Source: an uncultured Candidatus Saccharibacteria bacterium (GTDB taxonomy: Bacteria; Patescibacteriota; Minisyncoccia; Phycocordibacterales; CAIZLB01). Taken from it: a stretch of 64,000 nucleotides of DNA. The stretch spans positions 42,474-106,473 of the forward strand of contig CAYJDM010000001.1 of assembly GCA_964368945.1 (NCBI GenBank), read 5' to 3'. Each line of letters begins with the position of its first letter. Within the stretch, counting starts at the first letter, position 1. Shown here piece by piece: positions 29,125 to 37,900 of this stretch. Both the position numbers and the translations under genes were made by a program. The notes below the pieces were generated by a model that searched no databases, had not been told where the DNA came from, and saw only the letters and a program-made list of their open reading frames with translations.

Positions 29125-30126
29125 ATGCAGAAATTGGTATTTTTCGACACAACTCTCCGGGATGGCGAACAGGCTCCTGGGAATACGATGAATCCGAGAC
29201 AGAAGCTTGAGATAGCACTCGCATTGGAAAATTTGGGTGTCGATATCATCGAGGCAGGATTCCCGGCTTCTTCCGAAGAGGATTTTGAAGCATGTACGAT
29301 GATTGCCGAAAATATAAAAAATAGCGTGGTGTGCGGCTTTGCTCGCTGTAAAGAGGAGGATATCATGGCGGTGTTTAATTCCTTAAGAAATGCCAAAAAA
29401 CCAGCAATTCATATTTTTCTTCCTGTCTCCGATTTGCATCTTGAGAAAAAAATGGGTATCGATAGGGCGGCAGCGCTAGCTCTGGCCGAGCAGACTCTCA
29501 AAAAAGTGTCTGATAAATTCGCGACCGTTTATTTCGGGCTTGAGGATGCGACACGGGCGGACGAAGGCTTTCTGATCGAGATGATTGGATTGATTTCGAA
29601 ATACCATGTTGATTGTATCAATCTCGCTGATACAGTCGGGCGCTCTCAGCCAAATGAGATCGAGGCACTAGTCATTAGATTGAAAAAAGAGTTCCCGGAT
29701 CAGTCTTTTGGATTGCATTGTCATAATGATTTAGGCTTAGCCACGGCGAATGCATTAGCAGCTGTGCACGCTGGAATACATCAGATACAAGTTACGATGA
29801 ATGGCATAGGCGAGAGAGCTGGAAATACGGCACTCGAAGAGGTTGTCGCAGCATTGATAGCAAGACCGGATTACTATAATGATGTAAGCTTCAATATCCT
29901 CTCGAAAAAGATAAGGAATGTATCAAGTCTGGTATACCAAACGCTCGGAAGGACGGCATCGTTTGAAAAATCTGTAGTAGGCATCAACTCCTTTCGACAT
30001 GAGGCAGGGATACATGTTGACGGTCTTCGAAAAGATGCGAAAACATATGAGATATTTGACCCTCAAGAATTCGGTTATGAACGAGAAATAGTACAAGGCA
30101 GGCATTCGGGAAAAACTAATACATAA
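29125..30126 (+). CDS. 2-isopropylmalate/homocitrate/citramalate synthase family protein (HMGL-like catalytic domain only, about 333 aa)
   Basis: [13 protein letters not shown] ... [20 protein letters not shown] signature. Lacks the LeuA C-terminal regulatory domain. Confidence 0.7.
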   Translation: MQKLVFFDTTLRDGEQAPGNTMNPRQKLEIALALENLGVDIIEAGFPASSEEDFEACTMIAENIKNSVVCGFARCKEEDIMAVFNSLRNAKKPAIHIFLPVSDLHLEKKMGIDRAAALALAEQTLKKVSDKFATVYFGLEDATRADEGFLIEMIGLISKYHVDCINLADTVGRSQPNEIEALVIRLKKEFPDQSFGLHCHNDLGLATANALAAVHAGIHQIQVTMNGIGERAGNTALEEVVAALIARPDYYNDVSFNILSKKIRNVSSLVYQTLGRTASFEKSVVGINSFRHEAGIHVDGLRKDAKTYEIFDPQEFGYEREIVQGRHSGKTNT

Positions 30127-30139
30127 TTTACACAATCTC

Positions 30140-31255
30140 ATGAACCTTTCTACAAATAAAACTGACTCAGCAGAAAAGGAAATATATATCGCCGGAGGTT
30201 GCTTCTGGTGTACTGAAGCGGATTTTGCCAAAGTCCCGGGCGTGATTTCCGCGACATCGGGATATTCTGGCGGCCATAAGGCGAATCCGACATATGCCGA
30301 AGTCTGCAGCGAGACTACGGGCCATCGAGAGGCGGTCAAGGTCCTCTATGATCCCGCGCAGACGACATATCGCGATCTGCTCATTTTCTTTTTCGAGCAT
30401 ATCGATCCGACAGATGCCGGAGGGCAATTCCATGATCGGGGCGAGAGCTATACAACGGCGGTTTTTTATCAAGATGATACGGAAAAAGAAATTGCCGAAG
30501 AGCTGATCGCCAAGCTGAATGATACGAATGTATTCGGAGCGCCGATTGCGACGCTGGTTTTGCCGTATGCGAATTTTTATCCTGCGGAGGAATATCATCA
30601 GAATTATAGCGAAAAAAGCCCCGCGCATTATCTGCGATACCGCGCAGCCAGCGGCCACGATGAAGTGGTCAGCAGAAATCAGGGAAAAGTCGCTCGCGTC
30701 TGCGCAATCAAGGACGAGGCAAAAATCGTCAAGGATCTCAAATCCGTTCTCGGAGAATTGCCTGTCGTCACTGCTGTAAATGATCCTGCGAATCCCGCGA
30801 ATTCATGCGCGGATCCTGAACCGGTCGGTATGACGAACAAGGATTTATCGAAACTCAATGATCTCCAATATCATGTTACCCAGACCGAAGGTACCGAGCC
30901 GCCTTTTCAGAATGAATATTGGGACAATCATGAAGAGGGAATCTATGTCGATGTCGTTTCTGGCGAGCCTCTTTTTTCATCGCATGACAAATACGATTCG
31001 GGCACTGGCTGGCCTAGCTTCGTGAAGCCTATAGATGAGAATGCGCTCGCGACAAAAACGGACATGAAGCTCGGCGTGCCTCGCGTAGAAGTTCGCAGCA
31101 AGGTTGCAGATTCGCATCTTGGCCACGTATTCGATGATGGCCCGAAAGATCGCGGCGGCAAGAGATATTGCATGAATTCGGCATCTATGCGCTTTATTCC
31201 AAAATCAAAGCTTGAGGAGGCGGGTTATGGGAAATATGCTGCGCTGTTTCAATAA
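30140..31255 (+). CDS. msrAB: bifunctional peptide methionine sulfoxide reductase MsrA/MsrB
   Basis: MsrA GCFWCTE at the N-terminus; MsrB CxxC...[10 protein letters not shown]...RYCMNS at the C-terminus. Confidence 0.9.
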   Translation: MNLSTNKTDSAEKEIYIAGGCFWCTEADFAKVPGVISATSGYSGGHKANPTYAEVCSETTGHREAVKVLYDPAQTTYRDLLIFFFEHIDPTDAGGQFHDRGESYTTAVFYQDDTEKEIAEELIAKLNDTNVFGAPIATLVLPYANFYPAEEYHQNYSEKSPAHYLRYRAASGHDEVVSRNQGKVARVCAIKDEAKIVKDLKSVLGELPVVTAVNDPANPANSCADPEPVGMTNKDLSKLNDLQYHVTQTEGTEPPFQNEYWDNHEEGIYVDVVSGEPLFSSHDKYDSGTGWPSFVKPIDENALATKTDMKLGVPRVEVRSKVADSHLGHVFDDGPKDRGGKRYCMNSASMRFIPKSKLEEAGYGKYAALFQ

Positions 31256-31428
31256 TCGGTTTTTTTTCTGTACAGTAACGTCATGTTGGAAAAATTAAAG
31301 CGAGTCCGAGACTGGATTCTGAACAAGACACCTGAAATCAAGCATCTCTCCATGAGCGATGCTCTGTTGTCAAAAATCGTAATCGATATAAAGAAGGAAG
31401 CCAAAACCCTCAATTCAAGAAGCTGCCA

Positions 31429-31803
31429 TTGCGCGATCTGGAGCTCATTCATCCGATCAATAGGCCGACAGCAATGGAAAAAGTGCGCGATAGAGCGAAA
31501 TCGCTCATGCCGGTTCGTGATCGATTGTTGCGAGAGGGCGCAATTTCAAATGAGATGCTGATCGAATTCATGCCGTCGGTCAGCCCAATACAGGTGATTC
31601 CTTTTGAAGGCAAATATCTGGCATTTGAAGGCAATGGCCGATTGGCCTCGCTTCAAGAAGTTTTCAAAGGCAAAGAAATGATGCTCGATGTCGAAGAATT
31701 TAAAATCTCTGATAATTCTCAAATACTGGAAGATATTAAGAAATTGCAAGAAATATTCGCGAGCACAAGTGGATATGAAAAAACGGGGCCTCAGCATTGC
31801 TGA
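31429..31803 (+). CDS. ParB/sulfiredoxin-like domain protein (124 aa from a TTG start). May be the 3' part of a frameshifted gene that begins at 31283.
   Basis: LRDLELIHPINRP...VRDRL...QVIPFEGKYLAFEGNGRLASL resembles the ParB N-terminal domain. The upstream ORF 31283..31561 looks protein-like only in its first ~47 aa. Confidence 0.4.
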   Translation: MRDLELIHPINRPTAMEKVRDRAKSLMPVRDRLLREGAISNEMLIEFMPSVSPIQVIPFEGKYLAFEGNGRLASLQEVFKGKEMMLDVEEFKISDNSQILEDIKKLQEIFASTSGYEKTGPQHC

Positions 31804-31836
31804 GACCCCGTCGCGAAACGCTTTCTGTGCGCTGAA

Positions 31837-33261
31837 TCAGAGGATGGGCTCCGGTTTGTAGCCCGCCGCATCCGGATATTTTGCCGTTACGGCCGCAATC
31901 CGCGACAGTACTTTTTCCACTTGTTCGACGGCCGCGCCATGAACAGGCTCCGAGACCAGCTTCATGATTGTATCGCGTGAGAGAACGAAATCCGCATCAG
32001 TTCCCAGAGAATCGACGAGGGTGTTGGGACCTCCCGCGCGCATGCTTTTGATTGCGGATACTGAATGTCCCTTAATAATCTCGTGTGCCGTTTCTCTGCC
32101 CATTCCTTCCTGAACCGCTGCCATGAGCAGGCGAGTGGAAGACAGGAAGGGAAGCTGCTGTTTCAGCTCTTCTTCGATCATGCCCGGAAAGACGCCGAAT
32201 TCATCGAGAATGGTCAAGGCGGTTTCGAAGAGGCCGTCGAGAGTCATGAATGCGCCTTGAATTGCGACGCGTCGCACCACCGAACAGCTCACATCGCCTT
32301 CGTTCCATTGGCTGCCGACGAGGCTTTGGGCCATAGAGGCGAATCCTTTCAATACGCTGAGCAATGCACAGATCCGTTCGCATGAGCGAGCGTTCATCTT
32401 GTGGGCCATGGCATTCGACCCGACCTGACCTTTTGCAAAGCCTTCGGTGGCCAGCGAATGGCCGGACATGAGACGGATGGTAAGGGCCATATTTGACGGT
32501 CCCGATGCGAGTTGTACCAGATGTGATACCACCTCAGCATCGAGCGACCGCGGATAGACCTGTCCGATGCAGTCGAATGCATGGCTGAATCCCAGATGGT
32601 GCATTATCTTGTCGTCGAGCTCCGCAGCTTTTTCGGGGCCTTGGAGCAAATCCGCCATGTCCTGCTGCGTTCCCAGCGCGCCTTTCATTCCTCTCAACGG
32701 ATATCCGGCAATAAGGACTTCAAACGCATTGAAGGCATGCAGCAATTCTTCAGCCCAGCTTGCGAACCGATGACCGAGTGTCGTCACTTGGCCTGGTACA
32801 TTATGCGTGCGTCCGCAGATGTTGAGCAATTTGAACTCGTCAGCGCGTACCCCCAATCGGTGCAGGACCGTTATGGTTCTGTCACGAATGAGATTGAGCG
32901 CCATGAGGATTTGCAGCTGCTCGGTGTTGTCGGTCAGGTCCCGTGATGTCATTCCCGCGTGGATGAGCTGAAGCCCGGCGAGCTGATTGAAATCGGTAAT
33001 GGCGGCGTTGACGTCATGGCGTGATTTTCTTTCGCGCTCTGCAATAGATGCGAGATCGATATTGTGCATCACGGCTTCGTACGCGGCTATGTCCTCGTCT
33101 TTGATGTCGCGGCCCAAGTCTTTCTGTGCCTTGAGCACCGCGATCCAGAGTTGCCGCTGGAGCAGCTGCTTGTTTTCAGGTGTCCAGATTTGAACCATTG
33201 GGCTTGAAGCATAGCGGTCTGCCAGCACATCGGGTAGTTGGGGTTTGGTGGATTTGTTCAT
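31837..33261 (-). CDS. purB: adenylosuccinate lyase
   Basis: Fumarate-lyase signature GQVGSNAMAHKMN and PurB-like N-terminus. Confidence 0.9.
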   Translation of the reverse strand: MNKSTKPQLPDVLADRYASSPMVQIWTPENKQLLQRQLWIAVLKAQKDLGRDIKDEDIAAYEAVMHNIDLASIAERERKSRHDVNAAITDFNQLAGLQLIHAGMTSRDLTDNTEQLQILMALNLIRDRTITVLHRLGVRADEFKLLNICGRTHNVPGQVTTLGHRFASWAEELLHAFNAFEVLIAGYPLRGMKGALGTQQDMADLLQGPEKAAELDDKIMHHLGFSHAFDCIGQVYPRSLDAEVVSHLVQLASGPSNMALTIRLMSGHSLATEGFAKGQVGSNAMAHKMNARSCERICALLSVLKGFASMAQSLVGSQWNEGDVSCSVVRRVAIQGAFMTLDGLFETALTILDEFGVFPGMIEEELKQQLPFLSSTRLLMAAVQEGMGRETAHEIIKGHSVSAIKSMRAGGPNTLVDSLGTDADFVLSRDTIMKLVSEPVHGAAVEQVEKVLSRIAAVTAKYPDAAGYKPEPIL

Positions 33262-33457
33262 TGCGGTGTATCAGTTATGTCTTGGTTGACGGTTGTTCTT
33301 AGGAAGGCTTTCTTATCCAGCATATGGAACATATTTAAAAAACCTCTGCCAGTATCATGCCTTTTGAGGGTTTTTTCGTCAAACGGTCTGGTGAGCGATT
33401 TTTTATGCCTATTTCAGAACTTTGACCTTTGGGTATGAAAGGGCATATAATTGCCCC

Positions 33458-34141
33458 ATGCCAGCAACAAACAAAAAACTATTTGTCATCTCATTTATCA
33501 TAGCCGTCATAGCGATACTCGGCTTCATTTGGTTCGCCACTACCCATCTGGGCACTCCTGAATACGGAGTGGACAATGGCCATGGCACGACCACGCCTGA
33601 ATTGCCTCTCGGAAATATCGAATATCCGGAACCGGGCGAGACTCCTGTGGATGCATTCGCATATGCGGATGTATTCTTCACGACGCTCAATGCTTTTCCT
33701 GATGGAAAGGGCGCAGGCGCTATCGGCTGCGGCGACGGACTCGTCTCATACAGGATTCCTGTCGATGAGATAAATGCCGCGACTCGCGGAGATCTCAGCT
33801 CATTCCTTCTGCAGAAGATCCAGGATCCTGCCTTCTTCGCTGAAGCAAAGCTCTCATATGCCGCATCATTCGATCCTGCTACAAAGAATTCGCCTATCAA
33901 GGTTCTCGCTGGTCCTGCAGACAAGAATCTGGAATTGTATAGCGTGCTCTCTCGGACGAAGCTGACGGTTCAAAGCCTCAAGGATGTCCCTGGTGCATAT
34001 GAGCTCAAGCTCAAGGGTCAGGCGACTCTCGGCGGAGTATGCGATCAGCCTCGATTGCAGGCTCAGCTCCAGCATCTAGCTGAATCTGGCGTCGCTACGA
34101 CGACCGATGTCTCAGTATTCTTGAACGGCAAGAAGCTCTAA
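33458..34141 (+). CDS. hypothetical secreted/membrane-anchored protein
   Basis: N-terminal TM/signal segment; no recognisable domain. Confidence 0.45.
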   Translation: MPATNKKLFVISFIIAVIAILGFIWFATTHLGTPEYGVDNGHGTTTPELPLGNIEYPEPGETPVDAFAYADVFFTTLNAFPDGKGAGAIGCGDGLVSYRIPVDEINAATRGDLSSFLLQKIQDPAFFAEAKLSYAASFDPATKNSPIKVLAGPADKNLELYSVLSRTKLTVQSLKDVPGAYELKLKGQATLGGVCDQPRLQAQLQHLAESGVATTTDVSVFLNGKKL

Positions 34142-34160
34142 TTATTGCCACGCTTGATCG

Positions 34161-36134
34161 TCAGAAATTTCTAACGATCGACAGCTCCCATTTGGCGCGA
34201 ATCACCTTGATTGCGAAAGCATTGAGGTGTTTTTGCAATATAGGCGTGAGGTTGTGACCGGATGGAATTGCGGATTTTGCCGCGAGAATATTCCTGAATA
34301 TTTCGCATTCTATTTCTGCCTGAGTGTGCAGGATGCGCATTGTGGTCGCTTTCGGATTCTTGGCTGATTCATCTGAGCTTTCATCCTTGGCATCGTCGGA
34401 AATTTGCCGCGCCAGATTGAAATGCTCAAAGAATGTGCGGATCGACATGACTTCGCTTTCCGATGCGCCAGCTTTGAGCATTGCAAGCATTGGGACGAGG
34501 GAAGTGCCTATGGATTTGCGAGCATGCATGCAGAGCGGCATTTGGCCTTCGCTTTTGGTCAGGAGGAGATATGAGATATCCGTGTCTATCAGGATGCTTT
34601 CGATTTCCGCAGGTATTTGGATATCGTGCTCTTCGATCCCGTCAATCAGTTTTTGCAGCTGGGCTTGGAATACGGTATTTGTGAGGAAGAGGATTGGCAG
34701 AGATTGCGGCAGGAGCTCCTGGTCGTAGATTTTGTCATATAGGAAATATGTGCAAAGCCCTAATGCATGCGTCAGCATGGCATCCTCGAGCCAGTCCTGA
34801 TCGCTTATGATTGCAGCGCATGATTCCAGAGAGATCGTGAAATCCGTCCCGGATAATAATCTTTCCACGATTTCCGTATGATCGCTGAGGACTTCGAATT
34901 CGGTCAGGGTGGTACGGATCGAATCGACGATTGAAATTTCAGGCGAGGAGTATGGACTGAGAATGGGCTCTGCCTGAGATGCAGATATGCCGATTCCATT
35001 GGCGGCATACTCAGCGTACTCTCTGAAGGAGATTGTCCCGATTGCGGTTTCGAACATGGCCAGAAATGATATGAGCCGGCTTGCAGCATATCTCGTCTTG
35101 CCATCTTTCATTGAGTGGATATACAGAGGATCTGCGTCTGGCTCTCGCAAGGGTATTTCATTGAGCACAGCTATTGTATCTTTGGCTAAGTTCGGCGGCG
35201 CCAGTCTCAATAGGCTGGCGGCATAGAAATAAAGGTCGGTATCGTTTTCGATTCTGATGCGATGGCTGACGGTTTCTTTTTTCTCCATAATCGTATTCAT
35301 GATAAAACTTGCCAGCTCTGACCTTTGCTCATTAGACCAGACGCATCTGGATATCATATATATGGCAACGGGCAGGGAATGATAGAAATCGGAAAACCAA
35401 AGCGACTCTATCGGATTGCGCAGAAATGCCATAAGCTTTTCGAATATATGGGATTTGGTCCGAAACATATGCGATGGGTCTACGGCATCGAAAAATGCCA
35501 CAACAGAAGACATTGCGACGATGTCAGCGGATTCCCATTCCGTATCGTCCTCAGCGCAGTCTGGCCGCTTTGCTTTGTCCGAGTCGGCGAACCATGTATT
35601 GAATAGATGCGGCGAATCCGGCTTGCGAGCCTCTTCTAGATTCTTGAGGCAATTTGCGAAAATCGAGCTTGGCGGCATTCGGTCTTTCCATGCATGGGTC
35701 GAAAGCGCATGCAAAGCGCTGAATGTGCTATCTATATCGGCTGGCAGGCATCCATCATTCTCGATTCCTTCCAGATTGGCATGAATCCAATCGAAGGCGT
35801 TTTCATCCAGTGAACGATTAAAGCCCACCGGGTGAAAATAATTGAGACGATCGCGGCTGTCTTTTGATCCAAATAATCTGATGGCAATACTGTCTGCGAA
35901 TCTGCGTATTTCAGATATCATATAGGGCATCCTATAATCGCTTTCCTTGAATGAAACCGCCGAATCTATATATACCAGAATGCGGGAAAGGGAAGTGAGG
36001 GCGACGCTGTCGATGAATGATATGGGAGGTTCGGCTGCCGTGCCCGCTTGTGCCAAGGCAAATAGCTTTTCGATGCAATCGAATATATCGAGTTTCTGGT
36101 ATGGATGAGCGCTTGCTGGGTTTTTCTTGGTCAC
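34161..36134 (-). CDS. large hypothetical alpha-helical protein (657 aa), no TM; Asp-rich motif LARQISDDAKDESSDE near the C-terminus
   Basis: Long ORF ending beside tRNA-Ser. No confident domain match. Confidence 0.55.
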   Translation of the reverse strand: MTKKNPASAHPYQKLDIFDCIEKLFALAQAGTAAEPPISFIDSVALTSLSRILVYIDSAVSFKESDYRMPYMISEIRRFADSIAIRLFGSKDSRDRLNYFHPVGFNRSLDENAFDWIHANLEGIENDGCLPADIDSTFSALHALSTHAWKDRMPPSSIFANCLKNLEEARKPDSPHLFNTWFADSDKAKRPDCAEDDTEWESADIVAMSSVVAFFDAVDPSHMFRTKSHIFEKLMAFLRNPIESLWFSDFYHSLPVAIYMISRCVWSNEQRSELASFIMNTIMEKKETVSHRIRIENDTDLYFYAASLLRLAPPNLAKDTIAVLNEIPLREPDADPLYIHSMKDGKTRYAASRLISFLAMFETAIGTISFREYAEYAANGIGISASQAEPILSPYSSPEISIVDSIRTTLTEFEVLSDHTEIVERLLSGTDFTISLESCAAIISDQDWLEDAMLTHALGLCTYFLYDKIYDQELLPQSLPILFLTNTVFQAQLQKLIDGIEEHDIQIPAEIESILIDTDISYLLLTKSEGQMPLCMHARKSIGTSLVPMLAMLKAGASESEVMSIRTFFEHFNLARQISDDAKDESSDESAKNPKATTMRILHTQAEIECEIFRNILAAKSAIPSGHNLTPILQKHLNAFAIKVIRAKWELSIVRNF

Positions 36135-36247
36135 GCCTACATAATAATGATGAGCGATTAAATCCAGATCAATTTCTGATATATTTTGTGAAATTTCGCA
36201 AAAGATGATATTTTTCTACAGTGCGCAAGTGGTGCGCGACAAAAAAA

Positions 36248-36334
36248 GGAGAGATGGCAGAGCGGTCGAATGTACTACCTTGGAAAGGTAGCATGGGAGA
36301 AATCCCATCGGGGGTTCGAATCCCCCTCTCTCCG
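36248..36334 (+). tRNA. tRNA-Ser (anticodon GGA)
   Basis: Manual fold. Acceptor stem GGAGAGA/TCTCTCC, discriminator G, anticodon stem-loop CTACC-TTGGAAA-GGTAG, long variable arm and T-arm GGGGG-TTCGAAT-CCCCC. CCA is not encoded. Confidence 0.85.
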
Positions 36335-36341
36335 CTACATA

Positions 36342-36377
36342 ATCAAAACAGGCTGCACTGCTGCAGCCTGTTTTGAT
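36342..36377 (+). terminator. perfect 16-bp stem hairpin immediately downstream of tRNA-Ser
   Basis: atcaaaacaggctgca-ctgc-tgcagcctgttttgat. Confidence 0.4.
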
Positions 36378-36400
36378 TATGTCGAGGAAGAGGTTGATGA

Positions 36401-37165
36401 GAAAGGCGGAGCGGATGCCATCCCAGCAAGGATGGCCGCGAGCCGGGGTCGAGCAAATTTCTGAGCGACGGCGAAAATAAGAAGCAGGTTCTCGATGATA
36501 TAAGCCTGACCGTGAATCGCGGAGAAAAGATCGGGCTTGTGGGCCTCTCTGGCGCGGGCAAGTCCACGATATTCAAGCTTCTGCTCAAGGAGCGCGAGAA
36601 TTACGAAGGCGAGATCTATGTCGACGATGTTCCGCTCCGCACTATTAGCAAGCAGGATTATTTCACGCGCACGGCAATCGTCTTGCAGGATACGGAGGTA
36701 TTCAATTTCTCTTTGCGAGACAATGTGACGATTTCCAACTTCGATCATGCTGCGAATGCTGGCTTGCTCGACAAGGCGCTGACTGTCGCTCATGTGAATG
36801 AATTCGCTCGGGCATTGCCGCAAGGCATTGATACCAAGATCGGCGAGAAAGGCGTCAAATTATCCGGCGGCGAAAAGCAGCGCGTCGGCCTCGCTCGAGC
36901 CGTCTTCAAGGATCCGCAGCTTCTCTTGCTCGACGAAGCCACGTCTCATCTAGACGTCGAATCAGAGGAAAAAATCCAAGACTCGCTCCATCAATTCTTC
37001 CAGTCCGTAACCGCCATCGTGATCGCGCATCGCCTTTCGACGATCAAGGAGATGGATAAGATCGTCGTCCTCGAAGGGGGCAAGATCATAGAGCAGGGAA
37101 GCTTTGCCGCGCTCCAGAAGCAGAAGGGCCGATTCTCTGAATTATGGGCGAAGCTGAAGGTTTAG
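36401..37165 (+). pseudogene. 5'-truncated ABC exporter. Only the C-terminal ATPase domain is present and the transmembrane domain is absent.
   Basis: The frame opens at 36401, right after the tRNA hairpin, and reads FLSDGENKKQVLDDISLTVNRGEKIGLVGLSGAGKST (Walker A), LSGGEKQRV (signature) and LLLDEATSHLD (Walker B). There is no upstream TMD and no in-frame ATG before the GTG at 36512. Confidence 0.6.
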
Positions 37166-37197
37166 CACTGAAGGGTCTGATTTCGAGGCTTTGATTT

Positions 37198-37220
37198 GGA
37201 TATCGCAATTTGCGATATCC
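37198..37220. repeat. palindromic element copy 1: GGATATCGCAA-t-TTGCGATATCC (intergenic)
   Basis: Perfect 23-bp palindrome. Confidence 0.65.
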
Positions 37221-37309
37221 AATCTGATAACAGGAAGCGCCAAATCGGTGTTTCCAAATTTTCCAATTTGATCATTTCTTCATATGCTGTTTGCTAGAAT
37301 CTGGCGCAT

Positions 37310-37879
37310 ATGGAAAAAGAAATAATGCCTGAAGAGCCATTACATGCGGATCTCATAAAAGAGAAGATTTATATCATAAGGGGAAAGAAAGTCATGTTCG
37401 ATAAGGATTTGGCCATGCTGTATGGTGTGTCTACGGGCAGATTGAATGAGGCTGTCAAAAGAAACGTGAAGAGATTTCCTGAAGATTTCATGTTTCTGTT
37501 AAATAAGGCCGAATTAGAGCCGTTTTTAAGATCGCAATCTGCGATCTTAAAAAATACCGATAAGGGAGGTTTGATATCGCAAATTGCGATATCAAACCGA
37601 GGCGGTATTCGAAAGCCGTCTTTTGTATTCACCGAACAAGGCATCGCCATGCTCTCCAGTGTCCTGAATAGCGACAGGGCGATAGCCATGAATATCCAGA
37701 TCATCAGGATCTTCACGAAGCTCCGAGAGATGATCGATACGTACAAGGAACTTCGAGAAAAGGTAGAGGAGATGGAAAGGGAAAACGTTACGAATTTCAG
37801 GGAAATATTCAGGATCATCAGGCTGCTTATCAAGGAAGACGAAGGACCAAAGGGTCAGATGGGGTTTAGGGCAGATTGA
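37310..37879 (+). CDS. ORF6N-domain protein (KilA-N-like DNA-binding domain), carrying an in-frame palindromic insertion
   Basis: VMFDKDLAMLYGVSTGRLNEAVKRNVKRFPEDFMF...FVFTEQGIAMLSSVLNSDRAIAMNIQIIRIF matches the ORF6N pattern. Confidence 0.7.
   Translation: MEKEIMPEEPLHADLIKEKIYIIRGKKVMFDKDLAMLYGVSTGRLNEAVKRNVKRFPEDFMFLLNKAELEPFLRSQSAILKNTDKGGLISQIAISNRGGIRKPSFVFTEQGIAMLSSVLNSDRAIAMNIQIIRIFTKLREMIDTYKELREKVEEMERENVTNFREIFRIIRLLIKEDEGPKGQMGFRAD
37524..37552. repeat. palindromic element copy 2: TTTTAAGATCGCA-atc-TGCGATCTTAAAA (inside the ORF6N CDS)
   Basis: 29-bp palindrome. Confidence 0.6.
37568..37598. repeat. palindromic element copy 3: GGTTTGATATCGCAA-a-TTGCGATATCAAACC (inside the ORF6N CDS)
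   Basis: Perfect 31-bp palindrome sharing the GATATCGCAAnTTGCGATATC core with copy 1. Confidence 0.65.
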
Positions 37880-37900
37880 CCATTATGATATCATCATCCT

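Noticed and set aside
33340-33380. An A-tract, weak hairpin and T-tract upstream of purB, considered as a riboswitch or attenuator
   Set aside because: The stem is only 4-5 bp with a 19-nt loop. No purine-riboswitch or ZTP-riboswitch consensus was recognisable.
36270-36464. The 64-aa ORF overlapping tRNA-Ser and its terminator
   Set aside because: It overlaps a confidently folded tRNA, so it is spurious.
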